A DNA stretch of 64,000 nucleotides, taken from the IMG/VR virus record IMGVR_UViG_2744054987_000003, positions 64,001 to 128,000 of that record; one strand, given 5' to 3'. The notes beneath the pieces were generated by a model. It saw nothing but the letters and a program-made list of their open reading frames with translations. It was not told where the DNA came from and ran no database searches. The stretch comes from a virus. Lineage: Duplodnaviria > Caudoviricetes. Below are positions 26,209 through 36,097 of the stretch, piece after piece. Positions within the stretch are counted from its first letter, which is position 1. Each line of letters opens with the position of its first letter. Made by a program: the position numbers and the translations under genes.

Positions 26209-29200
26209 CGTCATGCCGTAGGCGTACGCCTTGGGTGACAGGATGCTGGTGGTGACAGCAACTTCGTTGGTCGGTGTGGTGGCCGTAACCTGCGCGCTGC
26301 CGTGAGCGTAACGCAGCGCGGTAACGTCCAGTGACGCTTGGCTGCCCAGCTGTACGGCGTAGCGGATCAGTGCCAGTTCGCAGTAGCAGTCGTTGATGTA
26401 GATTTCATCGGCGTCATCGCCGGAGACGGTGACCTCCAGAAAGTATTCCTGGTCGTCGCTGTCGGGCACGACAACGAACTGGCCTTGGTGTGTGTACCAG
26501 TAACCTGAGGCAGGCTTGGTAATGATCTCCTGGGAGATGTAGGCCCCGTCAGAGATTCGCTTGATGCGCAACGTGATCTGGTTGTTGGACTGCGTTGGCT
26601 TATAGAACACGACGCAGGGACGAACCATGGCGTTGGCGATGAAGTTCGTCCACTGCGCGATGATCAGACCGGCTTCTCCGGCCCCGGCGGCGCGAGTGAA
26701 GTGCACGCTGCGCAAACCGTTGTAGACCATGTTGGGGTCGATGGTCATCGCAACCAGCGACACATCCGCGCCCCATTTGGTGGTGGAGTCGCTCCAGGTG
26801 GCGAAAGTGTCGCCCCACATGCCTGTCGGCACATTGTCGGAGGTGGTGGTGACGTAGTACGCCAGCTGCAGGGGATCGATGTTGGTGTCGAGCGGATCGG
26901 CTTGCGCCCACATGGAATCCGAGCGCACCAGACCGGAGTCATTGAAGGTGCAATTGACTTTGGCGAAGGTGCTGCGGGTGGTGAAGCTGTTAGCCAGGAC
27001 GGCTTGGGTTTCCACCTTCGGTCCCACAGTTACGCTGTCGAACCAAGGCTGCCCGGCAGTCATCGATTCATCGATAAACGGTCGGATGTGCACTTTGTTG
27101 ACGCCTGTGGGCACGGTCCAGGTGTAGTCCAGGTGTACCCAGCTCGTTGTGGTGGCGGCGTAGTTTGCGGGATCGATGCCAGCGAACACGATGGACGAAT
27201 CCACTTCGGTGTCATCGAGATAGCTGGCACCGCCGATGCCGAAGGCGGGAGTGCCGTCGGTCCCGACAAGGTCTTTCCACCACACCCAGCAGCCGAACCG
27301 GATCTCGTCGCCGGGTGTGACGTCGATGTAGCTCGACAGCGCATCCATGGAAGTGCCGTCGGCGACTGCGGTCAGTGCCCCGAGCTTCCATCGACCGACA
27401 GAACCGTCGCGACTCCACTTGTCAGCAGGATTCAGGGTCCAGTTGTCGAGGTTGTGATCGAAGCCGGGGTTGATGATCGAATACGTTCTGCCTGTCGTGG
27501 TGACCGGGCCGGTGTCGAGTTGCGCTGCTTGACCGTCGCTGTTCGACCAGTGACTGGAACCGATCTGGTAGACGTTGAAATCGAAGCTGGCAGGGTCTTG
27601 CCCGCTGATGTAGGTGGTTGATAGCGCCATGACCTCGCGGACTCCGGCGAAATACGCCAGAGCGGCGTCGCGAGTCACGGTCTTGATGTCGTAGCGATGC
27701 ACCGACGTGGTGACGAATCGTGTGCGCGTGACAGTGCTCGGCGCACGCCCGAAGACGGTATCGGTCAGTGCGGTCAGACCATTCATCACCGCAGCAGGCA
27801 TGGCGAAGGTGCCGCCGGGGAACTTCCACCAGTCGCTGCCCTGTACGGGAGCCGCCCCGGTGGGATTTCGTGCCCAGCTGACCAGTGGGGTGAAAGCGTC
27901 GTTGATGGCTTCAGCGATGCCGTTGCTGATGGTGGTGATGTTTTCGATCGTGTCGTTGATCAACGTGGTGATTGCGTTGCCCGCCAGCACCTGCGAGTTA
28001 GGGGTGGCGCGTTTGTAGACGTAGGGATTGGCTGATTCTGTGCGAGGGGTGTTCGTGACCACAGTCGAGGACGTCGCGGTGCTGGGCAGCTCGGAGCTGA
28101 TCGTCGACGCGCCGGTGATGACGGTGACCGGTGAGACAGTGGTGCCGTAGATTCTGTCCACCGCAGCGCTAACCGAAGCCGGGTTAAGCCAGTTCACGCT
28201 GCCGATGCCGTTGGCTCCTTGGAACAACTCGGTGCCCAGTTCCATCAGTCCGCCGTTAAGCAGTCCTGGATGCTGTGTGGTGGCGGTCTGCTGAACTGAG
28301 ATCGGGAAGGTCTGATAGACGGTTTTGATACCCGAGTCATAGACGGGGTACGGCTCTTGTGTGAGGTTGGTGAACTCCAGCTTGAGGTACTTGGCTGAAA
28401 TCTTCTGGGGAAAGTAGAGTTTGCCCGGCCCGGTCAGGAAGTTCTTCCACACCGGGGTCCAGGTCTTGTTGGAGAAGAAGCTCTCGTCAGTACCGCCCGA
28501 ACCGTGCGTTTGCAGTGTCCAGTTGGCTGCATAGACCGCGTTGTCGAGCGTGGTGGAAGGTAGCTTGCCGTTCTCGTGGGCTAGCAGCTTGTCGGGAGAG
28601 ACGTAGACGTTGGGGTTGGCCAGAAACGCTGAAGCGTGGCCGGTGTAGTCCTCCAACTTGACGATGTGACTGGTAAATCGGCCGCGAAAATTCGTGAAGC
28701 CGTCCTCGCCGTCTACCGTCACCTGCGCGGGGAGGTCTGGGTTCTCGTCAAGCAGGTGCGCGATGACGGTGCCGTTTTGCAGGCAGACCTTGATGTAAAC
28801 GCTTTGCGACTCGTAGGTCCATCCCACAGCGATGCGCAGCGGATGACCGGGCACCAACGCTGGCGACAGTGTCGCCGAGTAGGTTTTAGTGTCGGTGCCG
28901 TCGGTGAATGCCAGAGCAATAGCCCCGGCCACCACGTCGTAGTAGATCGTGGGCCACCACTGCGTGCCGCTGTTGTTGCTCGGTGTCACCGTGAACAGGT
29001 TTGGGTTGTTGGCCAGGTGGTCGTTGACCGGATCGAAGTCAGGTATCCATTCGATGCCGATCCACATGTCTTGGTTAACCAGCGGCCCAATCGACATCGG
29101 GAACAGGTAACTGCTGGTGCCAGTTGGCGCTAGCGAGGTGTCCCAGCGGCCTGTGTCGACCTTCCAGCTGGTGTTTTCGTCGGTGTCGGGCGGCAGCGTG

Positions 29201-30021
29201 ACGGGGTTGAGCTGACGAGTGCCGACGGTGTCGTCGATGCTGTAGTAGATGTTCAGGATCTGGTTGTTGTACAGCGGCTGCATGTCGAGAGCGTCGACGT
29301 ATTGTGGCGAATTGTCGTCGCCCCGAAGATCCAAAAACAGATTAACCACGGCGTTGGGGTCGGGCTGTGGTGCCGACTTCCAGTAGCTGGTGTAGTTGTT
29401 GTCAATGGCGCGTGGTGCGTCCCAGTCTTTGATGTATTTGCTGATGACGTTGCCGATGGCATCTTGTTCGCTGCTGATGGGTAGGCGTCCGGCGTTGCGG
29501 TCGTAGATGTTGCGACGTAACAGCGCATTACGGATACCGATGACGTAGGACGTGTCACCGAGTACCGAGCTGGGCATCCGGGTGGCACGGATTTGCAGCG
29601 CCTTGGCGACGATGGGATAGATGTCGCCCTGCCACTTGTACCAGCTGTCGGGAACGCCAGTGGGGGTGAGAATCAGCGACAGAGGGATGCGGTTATTGTC
29701 GAAGACTTGTGCCCAGTTGTTGAGTCGATCTTGGTACCAGACCTCGACGCGCACCGAGACACGCTTGATCTCCATGCTGAAAGCGCTGATGGCCGAAGGT
29801 GATTTGAAGTTGATCTGGATGACTTCGGTAGTGTCGTCGGTGCTGGCGCGCGGCTGCGAGAACCATTCACGTACGCTGGGTGCGCCGATGCTCGGTGTGT
29901 TCGGGGATGTCTGCTGCTGCTTGAGGGCACCGTCCACCAGCTTCTTGAGGCCCAGCGGCCAGGTGAAGTTCCAGTAGAGGCCGTCGAGCGCACTGGGATC
30001 AGTGGCGGCGGGTTGTGTCAC
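26185..30021 (-). CDS. large baseplate/minor tail protein with discoidin- and CBM-like domains
   Basis: 1278 aa, last gene of the baseplate cluster; AIDNNYTSYWKS (discoidin-like) and INPGFD...W...FDSV (CBM4-like). Confidence 0.8.
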   Translation of the reverse strand: MTQPAATDPSALDGLYWNFTWPLGLKKLVDGALKQQQTSPNTPSIGAPSVREWFSQPRASTDDTTEVIQINFKSPSAISAFSMEIKRVSVRVEVWYQDRLNNWAQVFDNNRIPLSLILTPTGVPDSWYKWQGDIYPIVAKALQIRATRMPSSVLGDTSYVIGIRNALLRRNIYDRNAGRLPISSEQDAIGNVISKYIKDWDAPRAIDNNYTSYWKSAPQPDPNAVVNLFLDLRGDDNSPQYVDALDMQPLYNNQILNIYYSIDDTVGTRQLNPVTLPPDTDENTSWKVDTGRWDTSLAPTGTSSYLFPMSIGPLVNQDMWIGIEWIPDFDPVNDHLANNPNLFTVTPSNNSGTQWWPTIYYDVVAGAIALAFTDGTDTKTYSATLSPALVPGHPLRIAVGWTYESQSVYIKVCLQNGTVIAHLLDENPDLPAQVTVDGEDGFTNFRGRFTSHIVKLEDYTGHASAFLANPNVYVSPDKLLAHENGKLPSTTLDNAVYAANWTLQTHGSGGTDESFFSNKTWTPVWKNFLTGPGKLYFPQKISAKYLKLEFTNLTQEPYPVYDSGIKTVYQTFPISVQQTATTQHPGLLNGGLMELGTELFQGANGIGSVNWLNPASVSAAVDRIYGTTVSPVTVITGASTISSELPSTATSSTVVTNTPRTESANPYVYKRATPNSQVLAGNAITTLINDTIENITTISNGIAEAINDAFTPLVSWARNPTGAAPVQGSDWWKFPGGTFAMPAAVMNGLTALTDTVFGRAPSTVTRTRFVTTSVHRYDIKTVTRDAALAYFAGVREVMALSTTYISGQDPASFDFNVYQIGSSHWSNSDGQAAQLDTGPVTTTGRTYSIINPGFDHNLDNWTLNPADKWSRDGSVGRWKLGALTAVADGTSMDALSSYIDVTPGDEIRFGCWVWWKDLVGTDGTPAFGIGGASYLDDTEVDSSIVFAGIDPANYAATTTSWVHLDYTWTVPTGVNKVHIRPFIDESMTAGQPWFDSVTVGPKVETQAVLANSFTTRSTFAKVNCTFNDSGLVRSDSMWAQADPLDTNIDPLQLAYYVTTTSDNVPTGMWGDTFATWSDSTTKWGADVSLVAMTIDPNMVYNGLRSVHFTRAAGAGEAGLIIAQWTNFIANAMVRPCVVFYKPTQSNNQITLRIKRISDGAYISQEIITKPASGYWYTHQGQFVVVPDSDDQEYFLEVTVSGDDADEIYINDCYCELALIRYAVQLGSQASLDVTALRYAHGSAQVTATTPTNEVAVTTSILSPKAYAYGMTLTPMYLR

Positions 30022-31367
30022 GATGTGCTCCGAACGAAAACAGCCGGATCGCGTTGAGTCTGCGAAGTGGACACGATGCGGTTCTGCGTCATCGAGGCGC
30101 TCACTGTCGAGTCACGTGCCGGTGCGGTGTAGGCAATAGCATACTGCGGCAGGTAGACGGTCTTGCTCTGTGAATCTCCGACGATCGGCAGCCGGTAACG
30201 CGAGCCGGTGGCGATGCCGCCCATGGCGGTAACCTGTGCGCCGTAGGTGTCGATGTAGTCTGCTTGCGAGGAGTAAGGGAAGACATAGTCGGTGCCGTCA
30301 GGGTTGATTGCGGGCGCACTGGCGGGGTGTTGACCGTACTTGCCGCCGGGGTAGTTGTCGGGGGAATCAGCTTTGCTATAGGGCATCCAGTCGGTGTACT
30401 GGGTGTTGGATTCGTACTGCACGAAGTTCGTCTCGGGCAGCACGCTGCCGTCGTCGCGCAGCGTGCCGTAGATGACTGAGTCGATGGAGCTACTGGTGCC
30501 GCCGTCCATGAGGTAGAAGTCCGAGGATTCCTGCGTCATGTTGAAGGCTGCGTAAGGCGCTTTGGTCGGCGTGCCGTCGTTGAACATCCACTGCTCCGAA
30601 GACGACAAATTGACTGGCAGCAGTTCTGGCGAAGGCAGTTTGTCTAGGACTGGGGTGGAGATGACAGTCTGTTCCACCTGGTAGTAGGTGGAGTCCGATC
30701 CAGCCGCAGCGATCGGCACCGGGGTAGCTACTGAAAGTCCGTCAGTGTCGATGGTGACGATGGTGTCGACAGAGATGACCCGCATAAGCATGTCGCGGAT
30801 CAGTCGTAGTTCTGCTGGCGCAAGCGAATCCTTGAGTGGCTGAACAACAATTTCGTTGCGGGACGACTCGCGGCCCAGGAACGCTGTCAACCCCCACGAG
30901 TCGAGGTAGCGCCATACCTCGTAGATGTTGGCCTCTACGGACAGTGCGGCGTTCACGCAGGCGCTGACACCCAGAGGGGTGCTGCCAAGACTGCACGCCT
31001 TGAAGAAGCCTGTGATGCGGGCGCGAAATGCTGCGTCCTTGACTCGGACCTCGTCCCACTGGTCGCTGGTGAGCATGTCCGAGGACGGGTTGTAGTTGTA
31101 ACTCTCCGAAGGTGAGCGAGCCAGGAAGCTGAGTTTGCCGAAGATGTAGTCCAGTTCGTTGAAGTACATCGTGTCGATGGCAGCGTTGAGTCGTGCCAGC
31201 AGTGACTGGTTGACCAGTGCTCCTGCACCGGAGCTTCCGCACAATGAGTCAACGAGCTTGTAGAGGATCGTCGAAGTGTCACCACGGTAGATGTTTCGAT
31301 CAAAATGTGCCATGCGCAGTTCGGTGGAACGTGGCGCGATGAGCGGAAATGCTTGAGAGACAGCCAC
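30018..31367 (-). CDS. baseplate wedge protein (P2 gpI-like)
   Basis: Directly follows baseplate J; LDYIFG...DAAFRARI...GSTP.G pattern. Confidence 0.75.
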   Translation of the reverse strand: MAVSQAFPLIAPRSTELRMAHFDRNIYRGDTSTILYKLVDSLCGSSGAGALVNQSLLARLNAAIDTMYFNELDYIFGKLSFLARSPSESYNYNPSSDMLTSDQWDEVRVKDAAFRARITGFFKACSLGSTPLGVSACVNAALSVEANIYEVWRYLDSWGLTAFLGRESSRNEIVVQPLKDSLAPAELRLIRDMLMRVISVDTIVTIDTDGLSVATPVPIAAAGSDSTYYQVEQTVISTPVLDKLPSPELLPVNLSSSEQWMFNDGTPTKAPYAAFNMTQESSDFYLMDGGTSSSIDSVIYGTLRDDGSVLPETNFVQYESNTQYTDWMPYSKADSPDNYPGGKYGQHPASAPAINPDGTDYVFPYSSQADYIDTYGAQVTAMGGIATGSRYRLPIVGDSQSKTVYLPQYAIAYTAPARDSTVSASMTQNRIVSTSQTQRDPAVFVRSTS

Positions 31368-31368
31368 C

Positions 31369-33129
31369 CTAAGGAGCCGCCTTCCGAATGATGACAGTCT
31401 TGACGAAGACCGGCAATGTGTTGTCTAGGAACTTGAAGTCGTCGGTCTTGCTGTCGTGCGGTGTCGGATCTGAGGAGCTGTTGCGCAGCTGCACACCGTA
31501 GTCGGTCGCGTTGTCCGATGAGGTCGTCAGCTCTACGCTGGCGACGCCGAGCACCTGCTGCACAGCACCGGTCAACGACGAAACTTTGAACTGTGCACCG
31601 TATCCCAGACTGGAGAAGTACACCTTGAGCGCGCTATCGATCGCGGTGTTGACGGTGGCGATCGAGTACGAGGTCTCGTATTCGACGTTCAGGCATGGGG
31701 TGACGTACTGGAAGTTCGCCTGATGCACCATGACATCAGTGGCGACCTGCTTGGAGCTGCTCATAATGTGAGCCAGCAGTTCCGGCGTCTGGTTGTAGAT
31801 GTAGGTCAGCGTCAATGCCTGGCCTGTACTCGGGCCGTCGTCGGTCCATTCGATGCCTGAGACTTCCAGGGAGCTGCCCCCGTTGGTGGTGATGTCTTTG
31901 AGCAGATGATAGTGCTGGCCGCGCGTGTAGATGGTCTCGCCCACCGCAATGGTGGATGGGAAGCTGACGATGGGGACTGAACCCAGGCGCATGAAGCGGT
32001 TGTTGGCTGATGGGGTTCCATCGCTTCCGATACGCTCGAAATTGCCGGTGTAGTACGGCGAGGTGGAACTACTCGACAACTGCACCGCTTGAATGACAGT
32101 CTGTTCTGTCACCGATACAGGGTCGATGCCGTCGACGAAGACATCCACCTTATTGGTGATCGGCGGGTTCTGGGTGGGATCGTTGCGGGAGCATTTCGTG
32201 GTGTACTGAAATTCGAGCCCGACGATATCGCCATCAGCGATCTGGCCGCTGTCGATGCGGGTGAACACCGGAGAGGCCCCTGAAGACAGGTTGTAGTCGT
32301 AGGTGTCAGAGTAGAACACCTCGTCTTCCTGACCGATGTTGGAGTAGCACGACGTCATCTTCGGGAAGACGTATTTCACGTCTTGACTGAGGTTGAGCGC
32401 CAGAGTGGTGGTCGGTGCCTGGATCTGCGTGCGATACAGGCTGGTGATGCCATAGACGGCTACCCGTGATACCGAGTTGTTTTGCAAGCACAGGGATTTG
32501 TACCAGTCGGCGGTCCCGGCGATGTTGCGCAGCAGAGTGTCCCGAAACCGTTGACGCAACTCGGCGTCGGTCTCGACATCCACGCCGCCGGTCAGTGCGG
32601 TGAGGTTGGTTGCAGAGCCGGAGCCGATGACGCTGCCGAGGTAGGTGATGGTGTCCGGTGGCACGTTTCCGACGGTGCCGACCACTGAGCACTTCACCGG
32701 CACGTCGATGGTCAGTGATCCGGCGGGCAGTACTTCGGCCTGTGTACTGGAGAAGTACAGCTGAGTCATGCCGGTGTTGCTGTTGGTGTTGACTCCGCTG
32801 CGGGTGAAGAACTGGCTGCCCAGTGGGATCTGGTAGTCCTGCGGTGCAACGTTGCTCAATGTCACCCGGACAACGCCGGTGGCTGCCTTGCCCTGGAGCC
32901 GCCCAAAGCCGTAGATGCCGACGAACTCCTCCAACTGCAATCCGGTCATGGAGTCGATGTCGAACATGGCACCACACAGGTACTGGTTAACCGATGCTTC
33001 GCTGATGGTCTCGGCGACGGCGTCGATGATGCCGCGCTCGGGAGTTCCCGGCTCGCAGGACAAACCGGGCGCTACGACGGCGAGCTTGGCGAGAATCTTC
33101 GCACTGATCTGCGGAGGACTTGAAGGCAT
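31369..33129 (-). CDS. baseplate J-like protein
   Basis: G..LE...G..R...ATG, GTVGNV, TGGVDVETDAELRQR, GT..Y. Confidence 0.92.
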   Translation of the reverse strand: MPSSPPQISAKILAKLAVVAPGLSCEPGTPERGIIDAVAETISEASVNQYLCGAMFDIDSMTGLQLEEFVGIYGFGRLQGKAATGVVRVTLSNVAPQDYQIPLGSQFFTRSGVNTNSNTGMTQLYFSSTQAEVLPAGSLTIDVPVKCSVVGTVGNVPPDTITYLGSVIGSGSATNLTALTGGVDVETDAELRQRFRDTLLRNIAGTADWYKSLCLQNNSVSRVAVYGITSLYRTQIQAPTTTLALNLSQDVKYVFPKMTSCYSNIGQEDEVFYSDTYDYNLSSGASPVFTRIDSGQIADGDIVGLEFQYTTKCSRNDPTQNPPITNKVDVFVDGIDPVSVTEQTVIQAVQLSSSSTSPYYTGNFERIGSDGTPSANNRFMRLGSVPIVSFPSTIAVGETIYTRGQHYHLLKDITTNGGSSLEVSGIEWTDDGPSTGQALTLTYIYNQTPELLAHIMSSSKQVATDVMVHQANFQYVTPCLNVEYETSYSIATVNTAIDSALKVYFSSLGYGAQFKVSSLTGAVQQVLGVASVELTTSSDNATDYGVQLRNSSSDPTPHDSKTDDFKFLDNTLPVFVKTVIIRKAAP

Positions 33130-33133
33130 GGGT

Positions 33134-33556
33134 TTACAGACTCTGTGTCACATTCACGGTCCCGCTACTGCTGCCAGCGCTGGTGACTTTGACTGCGGCG
33201 CTGACGGTGTCGTAGTTGATCGAAACCGTGACGTCATCGATGGAATAAAGGATTTCAGTGAGGGACAACTTCTTAGGGGTTTCCTTGAGGACTTTTCGTT
33301 GAAGTCGTTGATAGTTGTCGAGTACGCGATTGATCTCGCGTCTGACGCGCTCGGCGGTGGCGTTGCCGACAACCCCGCCGATCATGTCAGGCAGGATCGA
33401 ACCCATGTCGACATGAAACCGGTCGCTCTGGTAAGTCTGGAGCATCCACATCTGAAGGTCTTGGGCCAGCTTGTCCCAGCCGTAGACGATGCCTAGAGCG
33501 GACCCGGCCTGCACGAGATCGCCGTTCTTGACGGCAAGACTGTAGGACACGACCAC
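33134..33556 (-). CDS. baseplate wedge subunit (gp25/gpW-like)
   Basis: NGDL...G.DKLAQDL..W......DRFH..MGS.L; precedes baseplate J. Confidence 0.8.
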   Translation of the reverse strand: MVVSYSLAVKNGDLVQAGSALGIVYGWDKLAQDLQMWMLQTYQSDRFHVDMGSILPDMIGGVVGNATAERVRREINRVLDNYQRLQRKVLKETPKKLSLTEILYSIDDVTVSINYDTVSAAVKVTSAGSSSGTVNVTQSL

Positions 33557-33588
33557 CTCCTACCCTTTAGGGCGGTGAATCGGCGTTG

Positions 33589-33768
33589 CTATTCGACCGG
33601 CGACGCTGGAACGATGTGTTCTACGACTTCAGGAACAGTTTCGGACGACTCGACCGAAGCACGAGCGGATACCTCACGATGCGCGCCGGACTCTCCGGGG
33701 CCAGGTTGTGAAGGTAGTTCGACCCATGGCGGGCGTCCGCCGCTGGGGAAACCTGCCGGAGTGGTCAT
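33589..33768 (-). CDS. small hypothetical protein
   Basis: MTTPAGFPSGGRPPW...; ATGA overlap with the upstream gene. Confidence 0.5.
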   Translation of the reverse strand: MTTPAGFPSGGRPPWVELPSQPGPGESGAHREVSARASVESSETVPEVVEHIVPASPVE

Positions 33769-34481
33769 AGATATACCCCCGATGCCATTGAGAGCCAGCG
33801 AGCCGAGGCGGCCTGCTGGGCGGTACAGGTGAGCTGCGCTCCGACGCCGACCCCGTCCCACAGCGTCATACCGTTAGTTGAGTAGCGGGTTTTGATCGAC
33901 GTCGATGTTGATGTTATCGGTGTGGAGATTGACGCGCCAGAGTACAAACAGCCTGCCACCAAGTTGGGTGCTTGTAGGCCAGAGGAGTTAATGAATGAGA
34001 TGTCATCAGAGGAGTTGGTGTTCCAGTAGTAGGCATGTAGATGGAGGCTCGAACCGATTGCGGCATAAGCAACGCTTGCCACATGCACCTCGGAGATGGT
34101 GTCGCTGGATTCGGTTGAGCTGGCTTCACCGATGATCGCGTGATCGCCTGGCGGCACTCCGGTGATCTCGTAGACCGCCATGCCGCCAAGGCTGGGGGCG
34201 CTGGGGGCGTACGGCTGCCACCAGCGTCGAACACCGGTGTTGCACCAGAACTGCAAACTGCCGCTGAGCTGACTGGCATTGAGCGCCATGATGTAGATGA
34301 GCAAAGTGCTGGACTCTGCGGTTGTGGTGTGGGTGTAGTTGACGTCGATGTAATGGGAACTCGGTGTGGTCACCTCGCTTCCGGCTGCTGAGTCAAATGG
34401 ATCGGCGGGCACCGCTCGTCCCCACCACCCCAGCGACTCCTTGCGTACCGGCCATGCGTCATTGAGCCACGGCTGTGTCAT
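33765..34481 (-). CDS. minor tail/fibre protein
   Basis: Ser/Thr-rich beta-type ORF in the tail module; ATGA overlap. Confidence 0.65.
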   Translation of the reverse strand: MTQPWLNDAWPVRKESLGWWGRAVPADPFDSAAGSEVTTPSSHYIDVNYTHTTTAESSTLLIYIMALNASQLSGSLQFWCNTGVRRWWQPYAPSAPSLGGMAVYEITGVPPGDHAIIGEASSTESSDTISEVHVASVAYAAIGSSLHLHAYYWNTNSSDDISFINSSGLQAPNLVAGCLYSGASISTPITSTSTSIKTRYSTNGMTLWDGVGVGAQLTCTAQQAASARWLSMASGVYL

Positions 34482-36097
34482 GTCGCACTCTCCACAATCC
34501 AAACCCGACCTTTTGCACCGGAACTGTAGGTGTCGCTGCCCCAGTAGTTAACTGCACCACCACCACCGCCGCCCGGCTCCAGGCCGTCCTGCCCCGCGCC
34601 AACCGAGCTACCACCGGAATAGTTCTGACCGTCAGGACCGCGATATATCTGGCTCGGATGAGGTGCTAGGCCCTGAATGGTGTTGTTGGAGTAGCCAGGC
34701 GGATAGGGGGTTTTCGAGGAACTACCGATCAGTCCACCACCGCCGCTGCCGCCGTTGGCGGTAACCAGTCGTGTTGAGCCGACTTCCACATACGAACTGC
34801 TAGCGTTTCCGATGTTGCCGCCTTGGGTGTATGTCCTGGGGACACCGCCAGCTCCAACAACAACACTTAGCGTAGAGCCTGCAGGAATATCACCAGGCAC
34901 GGAAAAAGTTCCCGATGCCCAGGCCCCACCGACCCCACCGAGGTTGGTCGCATAGCCTTTGCCCGACGCGCCCCCTCCTCCGACAGCGATGATATAGACC
35001 GTCTTTGTCCATGACTGCAATTGGAGATTGGACGAGATGTTAAACGGGGTGGTCTTGTTTGCGTGAGTCACCGGCGGCGGCGGCTCGTTAACCTTTTCCT
35101 GCAATGCGGTGATCTGCGACTGCAAGGAGACCGCTTCGTCTCTGAGGATCACGACGTCGTTGTAGAGTGCCTGAATCGCATTGAACATATCAACTACTGT
35201 GGGAGGGATCGGATCGCCGTTCGTATCTTGCTGAAGTGCGACGCCGAGTGCGGTCGTGATGTTCGTCCAGGTGCCCTGCATTGAATCATTGATGTTGTCA
35301 AAAGCCGGTGTGCTGACCTGATTGCCGGGGACTGTGCCCACTGAGGCGGACGGGATGCCGGTCACCTGCTGGCAGGAGCCAACGCTAAATTTCACTTGTC
35401 CGACAGTGCCACTGGCAACAGCCAGTCTGACTGCCATGGCGTCCACACCGGTGCCCCAGTGGATTCGTGAACTCATCGTCCAGACCACGCCAGGATCAGA
35501 AGCCACCGTAGTGTTGGGAGTATCGCTAGACGATGATGAAACCGAAGACACGGTTTGCGACTGCACGCCCATGCCCTGGTAGTAGCCAATGAAATCTAGG
35601 CGGATCGGATAACTTTCGGTGGCGGTCAACACAGACCAGGTGAGTCGAATGCTGATGTCGACGTCCTGGGTTTCTGAGATGGGAATAGCGTTGGAGTAGA
35701 CCTCATAGTTGGCTTCACCGTCAGCGTTGATGATGACGCACTTGTCACCCTGGATGATTTGCGGGGTGTTGGATGACACCGTGCCGGGCTGAAAGGTCGG
35801 CGCGTTGAGTAGTTCAACGGCGACGTCAGCGACGTGCCCAGAGGGCAGCGCCTGGACGACCGAGGGACTGACCGCATTGATGAGATTGCTCGCCGGGAAA
35901 GCCGTCAGCGCGGCATGTACGTCGTCAGCGGTGTTGGTTGTGCCCGATCCGCCAGCGCTTGCAACGATCGCATTGTTGGTCTTTTGAATATCGTCTTGCG
36001 CCGTCTTTGCAGTGTCGTGAATGGTCGACACGGCGCTGCCCGCCACCTGTGCAGGACTGGGCGGTCCCGAGGGCTTGGAGTTCCAGGTGGTAGCCAT
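34478..36097 (-). CDS. minor tail protein with C-terminal glycine-rich domain
   Basis: AVGGGGASG...VVVGAGG...ANGGSGGG...PGGGGGG...GAKGRVWI. Confidence 0.8.
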   Translation of the reverse strand: MATTWNSKPSGPPSPAQVAGSAVSTIHDTAKTAQDDIQKTNNAIVASAGGSGTTNTADDVHAALTAFPASNLINAVSPSVVQALPSGHVADVAVELLNAPTFQPGTVSSNTPQIIQGDKCVIINADGEANYEVYSNAIPISETQDVDISIRLTWSVLTATESYPIRLDFIGYYQGMGVQSQTVSSVSSSSSDTPNTTVASDPGVVWTMSSRIHWGTGVDAMAVRLAVASGTVGQVKFSVGSCQQVTGIPSASVGTVPGNQVSTPAFDNINDSMQGTWTNITTALGVALQQDTNGDPIPPTVVDMFNAIQALYNDVVILRDEAVSLQSQITALQEKVNEPPPPVTHANKTTPFNISSNLQLQSWTKTVYIIAVGGGGASGKGYATNLGGVGGAWASGTFSVPGDIPAGSTLSVVVGAGGVPRTYTQGGNIGNASSSYVEVGSTRLVTANGGSGGGGLIGSSSKTPYPPGYSNNTIQGLAPHPSQIYRGPDGQNYSGGSSVGAGQDGLEPGGGGGGAVNYWGSDTYSSGAKGRVWIVESAT